A stretch of 63,332 nucleotides of DNA, filler included, from Globobulimina sp. (GCA_003354225.1; 14 parts of 14 records of this genome joined end to end with filler, not necessarily neighbours in it); one strand, 5' to 3'; numbered from the whole stretch's first letter, positions 22,689 through 35,489 are shown. Notes: generated from the sequence alone by a model not told the origin. A program made the numbers and translations.

Positions 22689-23350
22689 CCTATATACACA
22701 TATTATTTAAATAGATATATATACACATATTATTTTGTATGTCCTTCCGTATAACCTGCACAAAATTTTTTCTTTCTTATTGCTATTTCTGGAATTGTTG
22801 TTTTTTCTTCAGCTCATACATTTTGGTTTGATTATAGCTTTTATAGCCTTTAAATATCGTCAAATTCAGATTTTTTTTCAGATATAAATAAACGTTTTCC
22901 TATTTAACCTTGATTTTGCAGCTGCATGTGAAGTTGCTACAGTACAGTCGTGTTTCAGATAAGATATACCACTATATATTTATGTGGTTCCTTGACCTCT
23001 CAAGGGATAATCTTTTTTTTGTATCGTAGACAATGTTACAAACTCGCGCATCTCAAAGGTAACACATATATGTATATGATCATATGGATCAAATTCGTAA
23101 TAATGCAGAAAAATGCAGAAAATTCGTAATAATAAAAGATATTGTAGTGAAAAACCTTTAGTTCAACCTTAGCAGCAAGGTTACTTCATTTAATCCCTTC
23201 TTTATAAACTAACTATCTCAACATTTAACAACTGTGCATTGTAAAAAATTCCAGAAATAGCAATAAGAAAGAAAAAATTTTGTGCAGGTTATACGGAAGG
23301 ACATACAAAATAATATATGTATATCTATTTAAATAATATGTGTATATAGG
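22689..23350. mobile_element. Non-autonomous MITE/foldback-like element with ~105-bp terminal inverted repeats
   Basis: 22689-22796 is the near-perfect reverse complement of 23247-23350, around ~450 bp of non-coding interior. Confidence 0.7.
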
Positions 23351-24065
23351 TCCATTATAGGACACAGCAAAAAGAAAAAGGTTCCTCACTGTTATCACAA
23401 AAACAAGGTTTGCTGTCACCTACAAGCTACAACTATTAGTTTAGTCATAACATATGAGCAAGGATATATATAACAATACAAAGTTTTTTTGTGCAAGGAC
23501 ATACATATTATGCATTTATTTAAGCAAAGTTTTTTTTTTTAGGGACCTCATATTTGACAAACATAAAACACAGATATCTTCAAAAAACAACAACACAGCT
23601 ATGCAGGTGGAACGGTGTATGATTACAACTATGCAGGAGGACACACAAAACAACGCCAAAAAAGTTAAGCTGGACACATATTGATCCATACAATACGCAA
23701 CAAATATGTTTTTTCGTTTCATAATACTGCACATGGGATAAATAAGAAAAACGCAAAAAAAACGCGACACAAAGACAAAGGAAGTTGAATATTGTATGGA
23801 TCATTCATATCAAACGTCAAAACCGAGCATGAATCTATATTTCTATCAAACATACAATAAACACTATGTTTTACTACAACTAAACAGAGACATACGCATA
23901 AATCCAGCGGTTGTCTTTGCAAATTCCAACACCATCCATGCCATTATAATATTCATCGGGGCAGCACAACAAAAACGACATCATACAAAATAGTTAAGTA
24001 TCCAATCTGATTTGTTATATGTTCTGTGTTACAATTATTGATATCAATAGTTTTTTGTAAGATGG

Positions 24066-24140
24066 TTAGAATTACCACAACCAGTTGGTGCACAACACAC
24101 TAATTCATGTCCTTTAATCATGATTGGTATTACTTGCAAA
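24066..24140 (-). pseudogene. DEAD-box helicase fragment (Q-motif/Walker A remnant)
   Basis: Minus strand reads LQVIPIMIKGHELVCCAPTGCGNS, resembling Q..IP....G.EL...APTGSGKT; flanked by stops, with no other helicase motifs seen. Confidence 0.45.
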
Positions 24141-24469
24141 TATCTTGCGTTTAATAATATATATGTTTTCGCTTCAGATTGTTTTAATTAATAATATTTG
24201 TTTAATTTGTGTGTGCAATGCGTATTGTATTCAACCATATTTTTATCGATATCCCATAATAAACAAACATGTCAGATGCAGCAGAATAATGGTCACCAGA
24301 GACCGGTAGAATTACAATCGAGGCCAGGTTTGTTTTTGTTGCCGCATTGTTTTCAGTTCATGTTTTTCAAAGTTTTATCGAGTTTAACATTTATCAAACT
24401 ACAATTCATGCTGTCGTTATTAGTCAGTTATCGTTAATACCACCAACACCATGTAATACATTCACTAAA

Positions 24470-25489
24470 ATGGCATCACATAAATCAAAATCAAAGAAAC
24501 CAAAACAAAAAACAATTCTCAGTTTGCCTGCATTCCGTAACGAATTCAAAAAGTTTATTTTATCAAAAAAAGACTCCTCTAAAATTAATAAATGGAGATG
24601 CAAAGAAATATGTTTCCTGCACGTAATAATACCGATGCTCCGCCGTCATAAATTATTACCAAACCAACAAACCAATTTCAATCCAGCCACAGATCAATTC
24701 ATCGACAGTATTTTTGGCTGTCAATCAAATTGCGGCATTATAAAGCAATACATAGACAAATATAACATGCAAAAACGTTTCCAGATAACAATGAGATCAT
24801 TAAATCCAAGAATTAGCAGTAAAAACGCAGCAATGAGTGACATGGATATTGCTTTATATGACAGTAAAAATAAATTATTGGTCAAACATAAAATAAAATT
24901 AAGCAAATTAATGGCGGGCGCAATAAAGAGATACATCCAACCGACTACAACGCGCAATGTTGTCTGCACGCCTTCCTTTGAAACCACTGAGTTATATTTT
25001 TTGATTAATGACAAAGAGCCATATATTATTATGACTGCGGGCATTCGGACAGATAATAAGTCATTTTTGAATATAAAAACAGATAAAAATACTATGCCTG
25101 CGGATGTTGCACCGTTTTGGTACAATAACTGGGCCGTTCAGGGCTTGCAAGAAGACCGCCATACACATAAAATACAACAATTGTTCGCCATTCATAATAA
25201 TAAATTTGTTGGTGATATTAATGATAATTTAAATCGGATTGCTTTATCTTTTTTTATTCAAAATGTCGCACATAAACAAATACCAAATGATATTTATATT
25301 GTTGTTAATGATAAACGTTTAGAGGAATATGAACCGCTTGGCAGCAAAAAGAAGAACGTGAGATTCAATTTGGACGAAACGAACGGCGATGATGATGATG
25401 ATGTAAATTGGAGTGATTTGAGTCATGCGGAATTGATGAAATATTACAACAGAGCCAATGACAGAGTTAAGTCTAAGAAACTATTTTGA
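24470..25489 (+). CDS. Hypothetical protein (intronless)
   Basis: Long ORF, likely starting at MASHKSK; no domain recognised. Confidence 0.65.
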   Translation: MASHKSKSKKPKQKTILSLPAFRNEFKKFILSKKDSSKINKWRCKEICFLHVIIPMLRRHKLLPNQQTNFNPATDQFIDSIFGCQSNCGIIKQYIDKYNMQKRFQITMRSLNPRISSKNAAMSDMDIALYDSKNKLLVKHKIKLSKLMAGAIKRYIQPTTTRNVVCTPSFETTELYFLINDKEPYIIMTAGIRTDNKSFLNIKTDKNTMPADVAPFWYNNWAVQGLQEDRHTHKIQQLFAIHNNKFVGDINDNLNRIALSFFIQNVAHKQIPNDIYIVVNDKRLEEYEPLGSKKKNVRFNLDETNGDDDDDVNWSDLSHAELMKYYNRANDRVKSKKLF

Positions 25490-25606
25490 AATGAGTTATT
25501 TCCATTGGTTGGTTGCCAAAAACTATGTTATATTCGGTTTGAAACTATGTAGGAAAACGCGGCATGCATTGACTTTTGTCGTGCCACCAATCCGCGGCCG
25601 GAAGCA

Positions 25607-27110
25607 ATGATCAACACAAAGCTGGAAACATTTATGTCGCAAATACCAAAAAATAATTCAATCTCGTTATTAGCGAATATTTTAGGAATCGAAGATCCGT
25701 TGCATCGAAGGCCAAGGCTAAGAGTAAAATATCAAAGCATGGAGGAGATAGAAAGAGAGCGGATAAACGACCCATTGCTGCAAGATTATTATGAGAGAGA
25801 TGTGAGGGTAACACCGCAGACTATCCATTGGGATAAAGAGTGGCAACAAATACTGCAACAAATGGCACAGACACGCAATACATTAAAATTACAGTATGAA
25901 ACATTGCGGGGCAAAAAGCAAGAAATGGAAGAAAAAAGCAATGAAATGGCAGCGGCCAATCAAAAACAGAAAAATGAAATGGATAAAATGATGAAAGAAA
26001 CGGCACATTATATGACTGCACAAGAAAATATTCGTTTGTTGTGTATGAGGGATAAACAACCGATCAATAAGAATTTGTATAATTTTTATATCAATGCAAA
26101 CCGCTACAGTCACGATTTGAATACTTTTAAATTTAAAACGCCGTGGGGGTCGAAGCATGTTATTACATTGAAAAAGGAATATAATAACAAATATAAATTA
26201 TATAACCAACCATGGAATGTTCAGCATATTGATGCGCCACAAAAATATAATGTATATGTCAACGAATTGGTGTTGTATTTGAATAGAAATGAATTGCAAA
26301 ATGAACAGTTATTTGATACGTATCGTAGAATGGAATATCAATTATACAAAGAACCGATGATAAAAATGATTGGGTCAGGAATGATGTGCAAACAATCGGA
26401 TATTATTGAATTATGCCAATTTAATGTAAATCACCAATATATTCCGCAATTAAAAGGCGAATTTGGTGTATTGGCTAAATGTGATATTCGATGTGGTACC
26501 ATTTTGGGTGAATTTAAAGGTATTTTGTTTTTGGAAAAGGAATTTTATTCGGTATTTACCGCTGAATGTCAGGATTATAATGCTGTTATGATTGATAGTT
26601 TTAAGTTATATTTGTACCCATCGAGTAATAATGGAGTGGTCCACAAATTGATATTGAATACAAATAATAGGTATTATGAAACCTTTCAGTTTGCGACTTA
26701 TATTAATGATCCACGGCAACATTTGTGTGGTGATGGCAGATTCGTGCAAAGTGATTACAAATATTGGAATGTTGACTTTGTGGTGTATTATGTTAACGGA
26801 TTTCCGCGGATTTTTATCATTGCGAAAAGGGATATTTATAAAGGAGAGGAATTGATGGTGAATTATAATGGAATTGCAATTGGCGATGGTGAGCGAGGCC
26901 AAGTGGGTGGGTTTTGGGGAGGGAGTACTATGACTGAAGTGGAACATTATTTGTATAAATTGCGGAGATTGACGGAAGAGGAGCTACCAATTCCATTGTT
27001 TATAAAAAATAATATTAAGAAACAAAATGAAAATAATATTCAACGACACAGTGATAAAATGGAAATGGACAGTGATGATAATAAGGAGATACAAAATATA
27101 ATTAATATTG
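25607..27110 (+). CDS. SET-domain protein with N-terminal coiled coil, 3'-truncated
   Basis: GEFGVLAKCDI..GTILGEFKG, YINDPR and IFIIAKRDIYKGEELMVNY. Confidence 0.85.
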
Positions 27111-27375
27111 NNNNNNNNNNNNNNNNNNNNNNNNNNNNNNNNNNNNNNNNNNNNTTAATTAATTAANNNNNNNNNNNNNNNNNNNNNNNNNNNNNNNNNN
27201 NNNNNNNNNNTTGTCAAAATTCTTCTCAGTTTCATGGAAATAATTATCTTCGTTTAAATAATTATTTCCGCAAAAATATTTAAAATAGGTATCTCTTTCA
27301 TATCATCATTTTGAATATTCACCAAAATAATAATTTGAACAGTTATTTCGGAAATAATTATTTTGACGGAAATAA

Positions 27376-27670
27376 CTATTTTGGCAAAAATCCAATCGGA
27401 GTGGAGATGTGCGTGTTGCAAAGATTGCAGATATTTGGTTTTTGGGCAAATGCATAGAATAATTCTCTGTATTGCAGTATCATTTTGTTATTTACGTACG
27501 TAGCTAAGTCATGGGTCTCGTGCGTGTTTATGGCTTTGTAATCGGACAAATGGTGTTGCAAGATATAGCTGATTGTTTGTGTTGCTTTTTAACCACAATT
27601 GGGCGTAATTCTGTGGGGTCTTCCACAACATCAAATATGTCAATATCGGCTGGGCCGTTCTCTGTCATTC
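27376..27670 (-). mobile_element. Decayed fragment of the retroelement ORF family seen at 61919..63332
   Basis: Translates to IDIFDVVEDPTELRPIVVKKQHK and LQHHLSDYK..QYRELFYAFAQKPNICNLC, matching IDVFDIVEGPSELRPIIVKKQHK and LQHYLPDYK..QYRELFYYFNQKPNHCSLC. Confidence 0.8.
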
Positions 27671-27755
27671 GGAACTGGTGACTCAACATTTTTTTTTAAG
27701 ACAAAAAGGCAAACTCCATGGTTTCTTAAACGACATCACATTTAATACCAGAGAA

Positions 27756-30700
27756 ATGTTGTTATTGTTATTTTATTTTATTATATTAATATCACACTAT
27801 TTTTCTACTGTTACATCATTTGAATTTGGAGATTGGATTCAATGCAGTTCGACGTTGCCACGACCAAGTAATAGTATGGCTGTGGCCTATGATTATGCGA
27901 ATGATACAGTGTGGTTGATTGGTGGTGATATTTCAAGTTCTCCCAACACAAATTATAGACAACTAATATCTCTTAAAAACGAAATCTTTACTGATTATGG
28001 TCCAACTTTCCTATCTGGTCATGGTGTATATGGATTATCTCAATACTACACTCAAATCAATCATATATTTTACATGATAGATATGACAGGAACTAAATTT
28101 AACACTTTCAACACGCAGGAACTAAATCATACGTTAATGTATAATATTAATGTCTCAGCAATCCCACAAAGTGTTGGCAGTTTTGGCTGTTTAACCTCAA
28201 TAAACGATCTTAATAATAACCAATATTTAATAGTTGTAGGTGGGCAGAATACCGATTTGTTATTTTTAGATACTGTACAAATACTAAACATATCCTCAAA
28301 TGAATGGATAGCAAATGTTCCAAAAATGCAGCAACAACGAGCCAGTCACACATGCATTGCATATAAAGACGCTTTGTATGTCATTGGAGGTAAAGAAAAT
28401 ATCAATTCTGAATTAGAATCAGTCGAAATATTAAACGTTTCGCAATTTAGCAACATACAAAACAAAAACTGGAGCAATATTCAAAATTTACCATCAACAT
28501 TAGCAGAACACGCAACAATGGCTTATAAGGATGATATTGTAACAATTGGTGGTTTAATTTCAAACGGTGTGTATAATGATAAAATTATAGTTATTGAGAC
28601 AACAACCAATACCATGACATTTGGCACTGTATCGTTTAAAGCTAGTTTCATGTCTCTTGTTATTGCCCATCCATTTATGTACATATTTGGTGGCCAGAAT
28701 TGGAATTTACCGCAGCAAAATATTGACAAATGCCAATATCATACATTGCCGTTATGTACATATTTAATATATACAAATTAATATATAATATATGCGTAAA
28801 AACATACAGTACAGCAACACCGACACAAAGTCCAACCACTAGCGCTCCTACAAACCATCCATCTGTTAAACCCACGGCAGCTCCATCCGCACCCACGGCA
28901 ACACCAACACTGTCTCCATCAACAAAGCAGCCCACTGCCAAGGAAAAATATATTTATGTTCGAAAATCTGGATGTGATTCTGGATATTGTTCATCATACA
29001 ACACAAATTATGAAAATGTTTGTGCCGAAAAAACATGGTTGCTTTCTGCCGCGGAGCAACAAAAATGTTGTATACAGACAAGAAGACGCAATTTATTGGC
29101 CACACCCACCTTAGAACCAACGTTCGTTCCTACAAACAACCCAACCTTAGAACCAACCGTGCAATCAACAGATGATACAGTTACAAAGGTAGCATGCGAT
29201 GATAATGCTGACAGTCATAAATGGTGTTATTATGCCGATATATATCCTTCTGATTCCATAACAACACATACTGTGTCCATACAAAATGTGGATGATGAGA
29301 TGGATACATATTTTGATATTGATATATTTGCGCATAATGCTGATTGCATAGAGCCGTCCATATCGTTTTCATTCGAAGAAATTGATTTTGAGTCAGAAAA
29401 CGAACGTATTTATATATACAATCAAAACAACGTATTAATCGATCAATGTTCCGGCACAAATGATGCAAATTGTGGTGTATGGATCACATGTTTGGAGAAC
29501 AAGAAGTTAAATATCAGTAGAATTGGCGTGAATGAATCATATAAAATTAAAATATACGAACCATTCACAATTGATGCACTCTGTACATCTTTATCACTCA
29601 ATGCTCTTTTGACAATTACGTGTTTTGACGGCACTGCATCGCCAACAAAAGTTACAAAATCTCCAACGAATATGCCATCTTTACCGCCTACAAAAGCACC
29701 GACCGATGTTATCTGCCAGGATTTAAATTGCATTACAAATATATATCCATCATTAGACGCAGCAGTTAGTGAAAGCATCCATATTCGCTCCAGTCTCACG
29801 TATATAACTTCACGGTTTAGAATTAAAAATAATACTTGCATAAATCCGAAGATTTCTATACTTTTTCGTAATTTCGATATGAATGATCCGGATGAAAAAT
29901 TATACGTTTATTACCAACAAAGCATCCCGTCCAACCTTTTAAACACATGCGGATCCGGAGATTCTTCGCCATCACAATGTAACAGAGAGAATTTTGAATA
30001 CTGTATGAATAATACAAATGTTATGGGTATCCCAGCGGTGAATGTTGGCGCCACATTTGTTATACTTTTAGTGGCTGATTCTAATATCAATGCAGATTGT
30101 GGTGATCCATATTCTTTATTTCTCGATCTAACCTTACAATGTGACAAAATACAATCAAATGCAACTTACGCACCGACTACAATACCTTCTGCATCACCTA
30201 CCAATACACCAACTTATGAGCCGACATGCCAAAGTATTGCGTATGCATGGAATGTTTTTTTAGGTAAAAACTTTTCGAGTGTTACGCAAAATGGTGGCAA
30301 CGGTGTTTTCGATATCGGTGCCGATGTATGGGAGAGTCCACACAATATTAATTTTACGGGTAGCAATGTTCATAATGTCGTTATACGAGGAAAAGGACCT
30401 GATGTAACAACATGGAATTACACTGGCGATGAATCAATATGGATCGAGTGTGGTAGTAACTGTTGGCTGTCGCTTGAAGATTTAACCATTGCATCCAAGG
30501 GAAACAGAGTAAATGAAAAACAATTTTATATTACAAATGCAGGCTCATTGCATGTTAACAATGTGATATTTGACGGAAATAATTATGGTCAAAATACCAA
30601 TGGTGCCATGATGCAATTTGTTGGTAACGAAGTTAGTGTTATCTTTGAAAATTGTATATTTAATAATAATGATGTCATTTATGAGTTTGGTAACGGAGTT

Positions 30701-31641
30701 GATTGTATCTTTGAAAATTGCACGTTTGGAAATAACAGTATTACACAACGCAATGATGCTAATCAAAATAATGCGATGTTTTATGTTACAAATGCTATTG
30801 TCACGTTTACAAATTGCATTTTTAACGGAAACACGCTATCAAACAGACATGTTTAATATAATCGACAACGGAAATATAGCATTTAATAATTGTGAGTTTG
30901 TTAATAATTCCTTTAATCATTCATTATTCACTGTATCCAATGGGCATTGGCTGTTTATAGACAGTGTATTTACTGGCAATCGGCAGTTGAATTCGCCAAA
31001 TTCATTATCGACAATCATTGACATTTTAGACGGAAACAACGAAGATAGTTCATTAGAAATTATCGACTGTACATTTGAAAGTAATTACAATATCGCCGCA
31101 GATATAGCATGTAACAATAATCACAACATTAATATTTCTGTCAGTAATACCATTTTTAGTGATATGCATTCAAATGACACATTTTCAATTACAAGCATGG
31201 ATTGTAATTTGCTGATAGATCAACTATCAGTCAACAAAAATGACTCAATATTGTTCGGACACGACCTTCCTGCAAATGCATCAGATGCAGTAAATAATAT
31301 TAGCCTATATTTGCAGGGGTTTTCTCCTGAAAGAGGTGCAACAAATTTTCATTTTGCTAATTTTGGCGCCAACAATGGCAGCGTTGTATTTACGCCATGT
31401 CAGCCAGCATTTAATCCAATGTCGTATCCACTGTCTGCATTCGCGAATGTATCACTATTATTAAATGCTCCTGGATTTATTAAATTTTTCCATGGCAAAG
31501 GCGAATTTTTTGAAGGATTCCTGCAATGTGATCAAATAAATTGTTATATAGCATGTACAGAATTATTATCTTGTTTTGCAAGTACTTTTGAATTAACTGC
31601 ATCAAACACGTCGGTACTTAATTGCGAGCAAGACACCGCAT
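27756..31641 (+). CDS. Large secreted/surface protein: kelch beta-propeller, PTS linkers, Cys-rich domains, parallel beta-helix repeats; 3'-truncated; one frameshift
   Basis: Signal peptide; kelch-type GG motifs (VWLIGG, LIVVGG, LYVIGG, YIFGG); intron 28751-28809; repeated F.NC.F.NN motifs; frame change near 30850. Confidence 0.8.
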
Positions 31642-31742
31642 NNNNNNNNNNNNNNNNNNNNNNNNNNNNNNNNNNNNNNNNNNNNTTAATTAATTAANNN
31701 NNNNNNNNNNNNNNNNNNNNNNNNNNNNNNNNNNNNNNNNNA

Positions 31743-31937
31743 AATGTATTACAAACATCATTAGAAGAAGAGTGTGTTATTGGTGAATATTTAGCAAATG
31801 TGGAGAACGCTGACATCAAAGGGTGGGGAATAAAACATTTTCAACATAAAAAGGATGTATTTAATTCTATACAAAAATTAATAAATAATAATCAACATCA
31901 ACAAAATACAAGTAATGCGCCAACGGAGTATAATTGA
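31743..31937 (+). CDS. C-terminal SAM-domain fragment of a 5'-truncated gene
   Basis: Open from contig start: ..EEECVIGEYLANVENADIKGWGIKHFQHKKDVFNSIQKL..*. Confidence 0.6.
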   Translation, partial: NVLQTSLEEECVIGEYLANVENADIKGWGIKHFQHKKDVFNSIQKLINNNQHQQNTSNAPTEYN

Positions 31938-32088
31938 ACTATGTACAGGTTACTAACCAAAGATGTGTCCATATTTATAATTATTATTGTAACGAAAAAA
32001 AAGCGTTGTAGATCAATTTAAAATAAACAAATAAAATATCGACTTGGACACAAACAGACAAGGAATGTTTTTGTAAATTCAATAACCT

Positions 32089-33357
32089 CTATTCGCCGGA
32101 ATTTAGCGCAGTTTGATAGACCGTATTAAATTGATGTCTTTCATTTCCACGAAGATTATGATCTTCTGAATCATCAGATTCCTCATCCTCATCATCCTCC
32201 TCATCATCCTTATCATTGTCATTCTGATTATTCCCAACATTCATAGTAGTTAACTGTCCGTGCGCATCATCATCCTCCTCCTCCTCCTCCTCGTCCTCAT
32301 CATCATAATCCCGCACTTTGGTACCTCTCTTACTTTGTTGCCTCGCAGAAGGCATCGTGGCGCGCACACAATAAAACTTACAAAACGCATGCGGACAAAT
32401 ACATACTTTCTTGTAAACATCATTCATATTTGGATGAAAATTCAATGCTAAAAACATCGACAAATACGAAAACAACACATTAACCGGAAATAACCACCAA
32501 CAAAACCTCAAATATCCTGCAGAAACATCTTGCAACGCAATCAATATAATCCAACATAACATGCATAACACGGTCACAAATAAACCGCTCAGACATAGCA
32601 CAGTAATCCGTGTCATATATTCACTCACTTTCTCCTTCAATTCACTGCTCGATAATCGATCCGTAGCTGCCGAGGGATGGAGAAGTGTGGTCGCCCTGTT
32701 CTGTATGACGCGGTATAACACCATGCTGAAAAATAAAACCAATGACAAACAAAACCAAATATGTGCTGCAAAAGCTATAACCATACAAGCTAAGATTTTG
32801 CTGTCATTAATGGAGCCATAATGATAATTTCTGTGAAACTCATCAATCCAAACCACCATTACAATGAAGGAGGCCAACCATAATGTTGCCAACGCACTGA
32901 ATGCAGTGACTTGCAATATTTTATTCAAATTATAGGTGGTATCTTTGATGAAATAATACAATTTCAACATGAATAAAATGTAAAACAAAGTATGTCCTAA
33001 AAACCAAAATATAATTGCTGTGATTTGCGAGTTGCCGTAGACGTCGTTATGAGAGTTATATTGTACTCCCAAGGAACCGTTGCTGATCAAATAACAAAAT
33101 AACGAGAGCACATATAATGACATACCAATGTATGACAGGATAATCATTAATTTGTTATCTTTTAATATGACGCCAGATCCATATGAGCGACCACCCGATT
33201 TTTTGCAATGGGTATAAAGGGTATAAGAGGCCCATAATAACATTACTAATAACAATACAAACATGACAATGGAATAAAAGACTGAGAATGCGGCGACTTG
33301 AGCCAAGGCCTCTTTTTCTTGTTCTTCAATGGCTGCCATGCCATCACAGTGATCCAT
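32089..33357 (-). CDS. Seven-transmembrane (GPCR-like) protein with acidic C-tail
   Basis: Seven hydrophobic segments in the 422-aa ORF, a Cys-rich juxtamembrane segment and a poly-Asp/Glu tail. Confidence 0.75.
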   Translation of the reverse strand: MDHCDGMAAIEEQEKEALAQVAAFSVFYSIVMFVLLLVMLLWASYTLYTHCKKSGGRSYGSGVILKDNKLMIILSYIGMSLYVLSLFCYLISNGSLGVQYNSHNDVYGNSQITAIIFWFLGHTLFYILFMLKLYYFIKDTTYNLNKILQVTAFSALATLWLASFIVMVVWIDEFHRNYHYGSINDSKILACMVIAFAAHIWFCLSLVLFFSMVLYRVIQNRATTLLHPSAATDRLSSSELKEKVSEYMTRITVLCLSGLFVTVLCMLCWIILIALQDVSAGYLRFCWWLFPVNVLFSYLSMFLALNFHPNMNDVYKKVCICPHAFCKFYCVRATMPSARQQSKRGTKVRDYDDEDEEEEEEDDDAHGQLTTMNVGNNQNDNDKDDEEDDEDEESDDSEDHNLRGNERHQFNTVYQTALNSGE

Positions 33358-33703
33358 GAAATCTTTAAATAATATTTAAATATGTAATGTTACTGACTTA
33401 TGTTTTGTGAATATTATGTACCTGGACAACAATCATTGTAATGATGACATCCGAAATAACATTGACATGGTTTGTATAATGCATAATAATAACTGCATTC
33501 GTGACTGCAGGTAAAATCATAAGTTAGCGGTGAAGGAGTGGTATTTCTAAGGGGCGTTGCCATGTTACGAAACTACTTTCACATGCAATAAATTGACAAA
33601 TATTATAATAAATGCAATCCTGGAGATAATGAAACACGAATAATAATTGGTAAAGTTTTTAACAATTAATACGGTTTTTTAATAAATAATACTTGCAAAT
33701 ACA

Positions 33704-35489
33704 ATGCTTGTCATTAATGGTACTTCATTTTATCCCCAACAACGTAGCGGCAGCGCAAGCAATAATAGCTCTGAAGAGAAATCTATGAATAATACGCATT
33801 CAAAAAAACGTCGTACCTCCATCGATTTAGACGCTTTAGACAATTGCAGAACATTGGTACGTATTAAACTGTATAATTTTGTGCATATTTTTCTACAAAA
33901 AAAACAACAAAAACAAAGGGAGACTGCATCCACGAACCCGAGCTCTTTTTAGAAAAGGAACATAGCCACGATTTCATGTGTGTTATATGCCAATGTATAT
34001 GCAACACACCGTATGATATTGGCTGCAAAAACGGCCATATTTATTGCAAAACTTGTTTAAATGCATTTTTTGAGTCAAACTCGCATGGCAAATGTCCCCA
34101 ATGTGCAGATAATGTCAATCGATATGGAACGCGAATAAACCACTTTGCACTGCGATTATTACTAAAATTACGCATATTTTGCCCGTTCAGCATGGAACAA
34201 TGCATTGACGAAAAGCAGAGCGATATGTACAAATGTGAATGGATTGGTTGCTATTCGGACATTATCGACCATTTAAAACATAAATGCAAATATGGCACCT
34301 TCATAAACAACGCCACCATTCAACAAACTCGCGATAAATACAAAACAAACCAGAAATTATCCACCACCAACAACAAAAGCAACACTACCAACAGTATTTG
34401 GCAGATATCGCGAGCCGAAATAACATCTTATAAAGTGTTTTGGGAACAGATTTGTGATAAAGATCAACATTTAGGCAACCATGTCAATAAAAAGACAGTC
34501 TCTCAATTTTTTGCAGACAAACTACGTTTAACCAGCACTGATTTGGTGAAATTATGGTGGATTGTCGGCGATAGCGGCGATGCGTTAGTCTCTGAAAATC
34601 AGTTCTATGCCGGCATACATATTGCGCGTCTGCATCAGAATGAGTATAAAGAGAAATGTTCATTGCACAGTTTATATTCGTTGCCGGCGTGTTTAAGCTG
34701 TCTGAATATAAATAAAATACGCTACGACATCAATATGTCGATTGGCTCCACAGATTTGAAGAAAGTGCAAGAATCCTTGGAACAGTCTGCAGAGCAGAAG
34801 TATAATGACAAAAAGAAGGAAATCAGTTTGGATACGCACATTGGGACAATGTCACAGTTGAAGGAAATAGCAGGCATTCATAAGACGACCGTGCATAAGA
34901 AACGAAAGAGCAGTGTCAATAATGCGGTGAATTGGAATATAAGCAAGGAAGATATTGATGGTTACAAGAAATGGTTTATCAAAGCGGATTTGAATGCGGA
35001 TGGATATATTTCTGGGGAGGAAGGCAGGAAATTCTTTGTAAAGTCGAAATTATCGCCGGCGGACTTAGGCAAAATATGGTATGCAATATTTTAGCTGTTT
35101 TTAGTTTGTATACGTTTTTATATACTTTTAGGATGCAAGTTGATCGTGAAAAGAGTGGAAAGTTGACAGAAGCACAATTTTATGCATTTTTTCATATAGT
35201 TATGAATGTTAAAAAAGGGGGGAAGTTAACTAAAAATTTTGTATTGCCCTTTTGTTTGCAGCAGGCAAACATATTGAATATAATGAGTGGCAACGATGGG
35301 AATCATGTGAATGGTGATTGGAATTTATTAATGAATGGGAATGTCAATCATCACACATCAGCGTCGACCAATGCATTGCCGAGTATTAATATTTTGAGAC
35401 TGAGTAATACTGCGGATCCACAACGACGAGCCAGAGCAAATAGTATCGATTCTGTGCCTGATTGGGCTGACTTTAGTTTTGAATTTTAA
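33704..35489 (+). CDS. RING finger (TRAF-type) + two EH (Eps15-homology) domain protein; 3 exons
   Basis: CVIC..C..GHIYCKTC..CPQC and CEWIG..HL...C. EH-like WQISRAE.. and WNISKED..F..AD.NADGYISG.E..FF.KSKL...DLGKIW..VD....GKL...QFY. Introns 33857-33918 and 35079-35131. Confidence 0.85.

Noticed and set aside
27211..27385. GAAATAATTAT motif cluster with a 15-bp inverted repeat
   Set aside because: Very AT-rich, truncated by the contig start, with no defined boundaries; cannot be classified.
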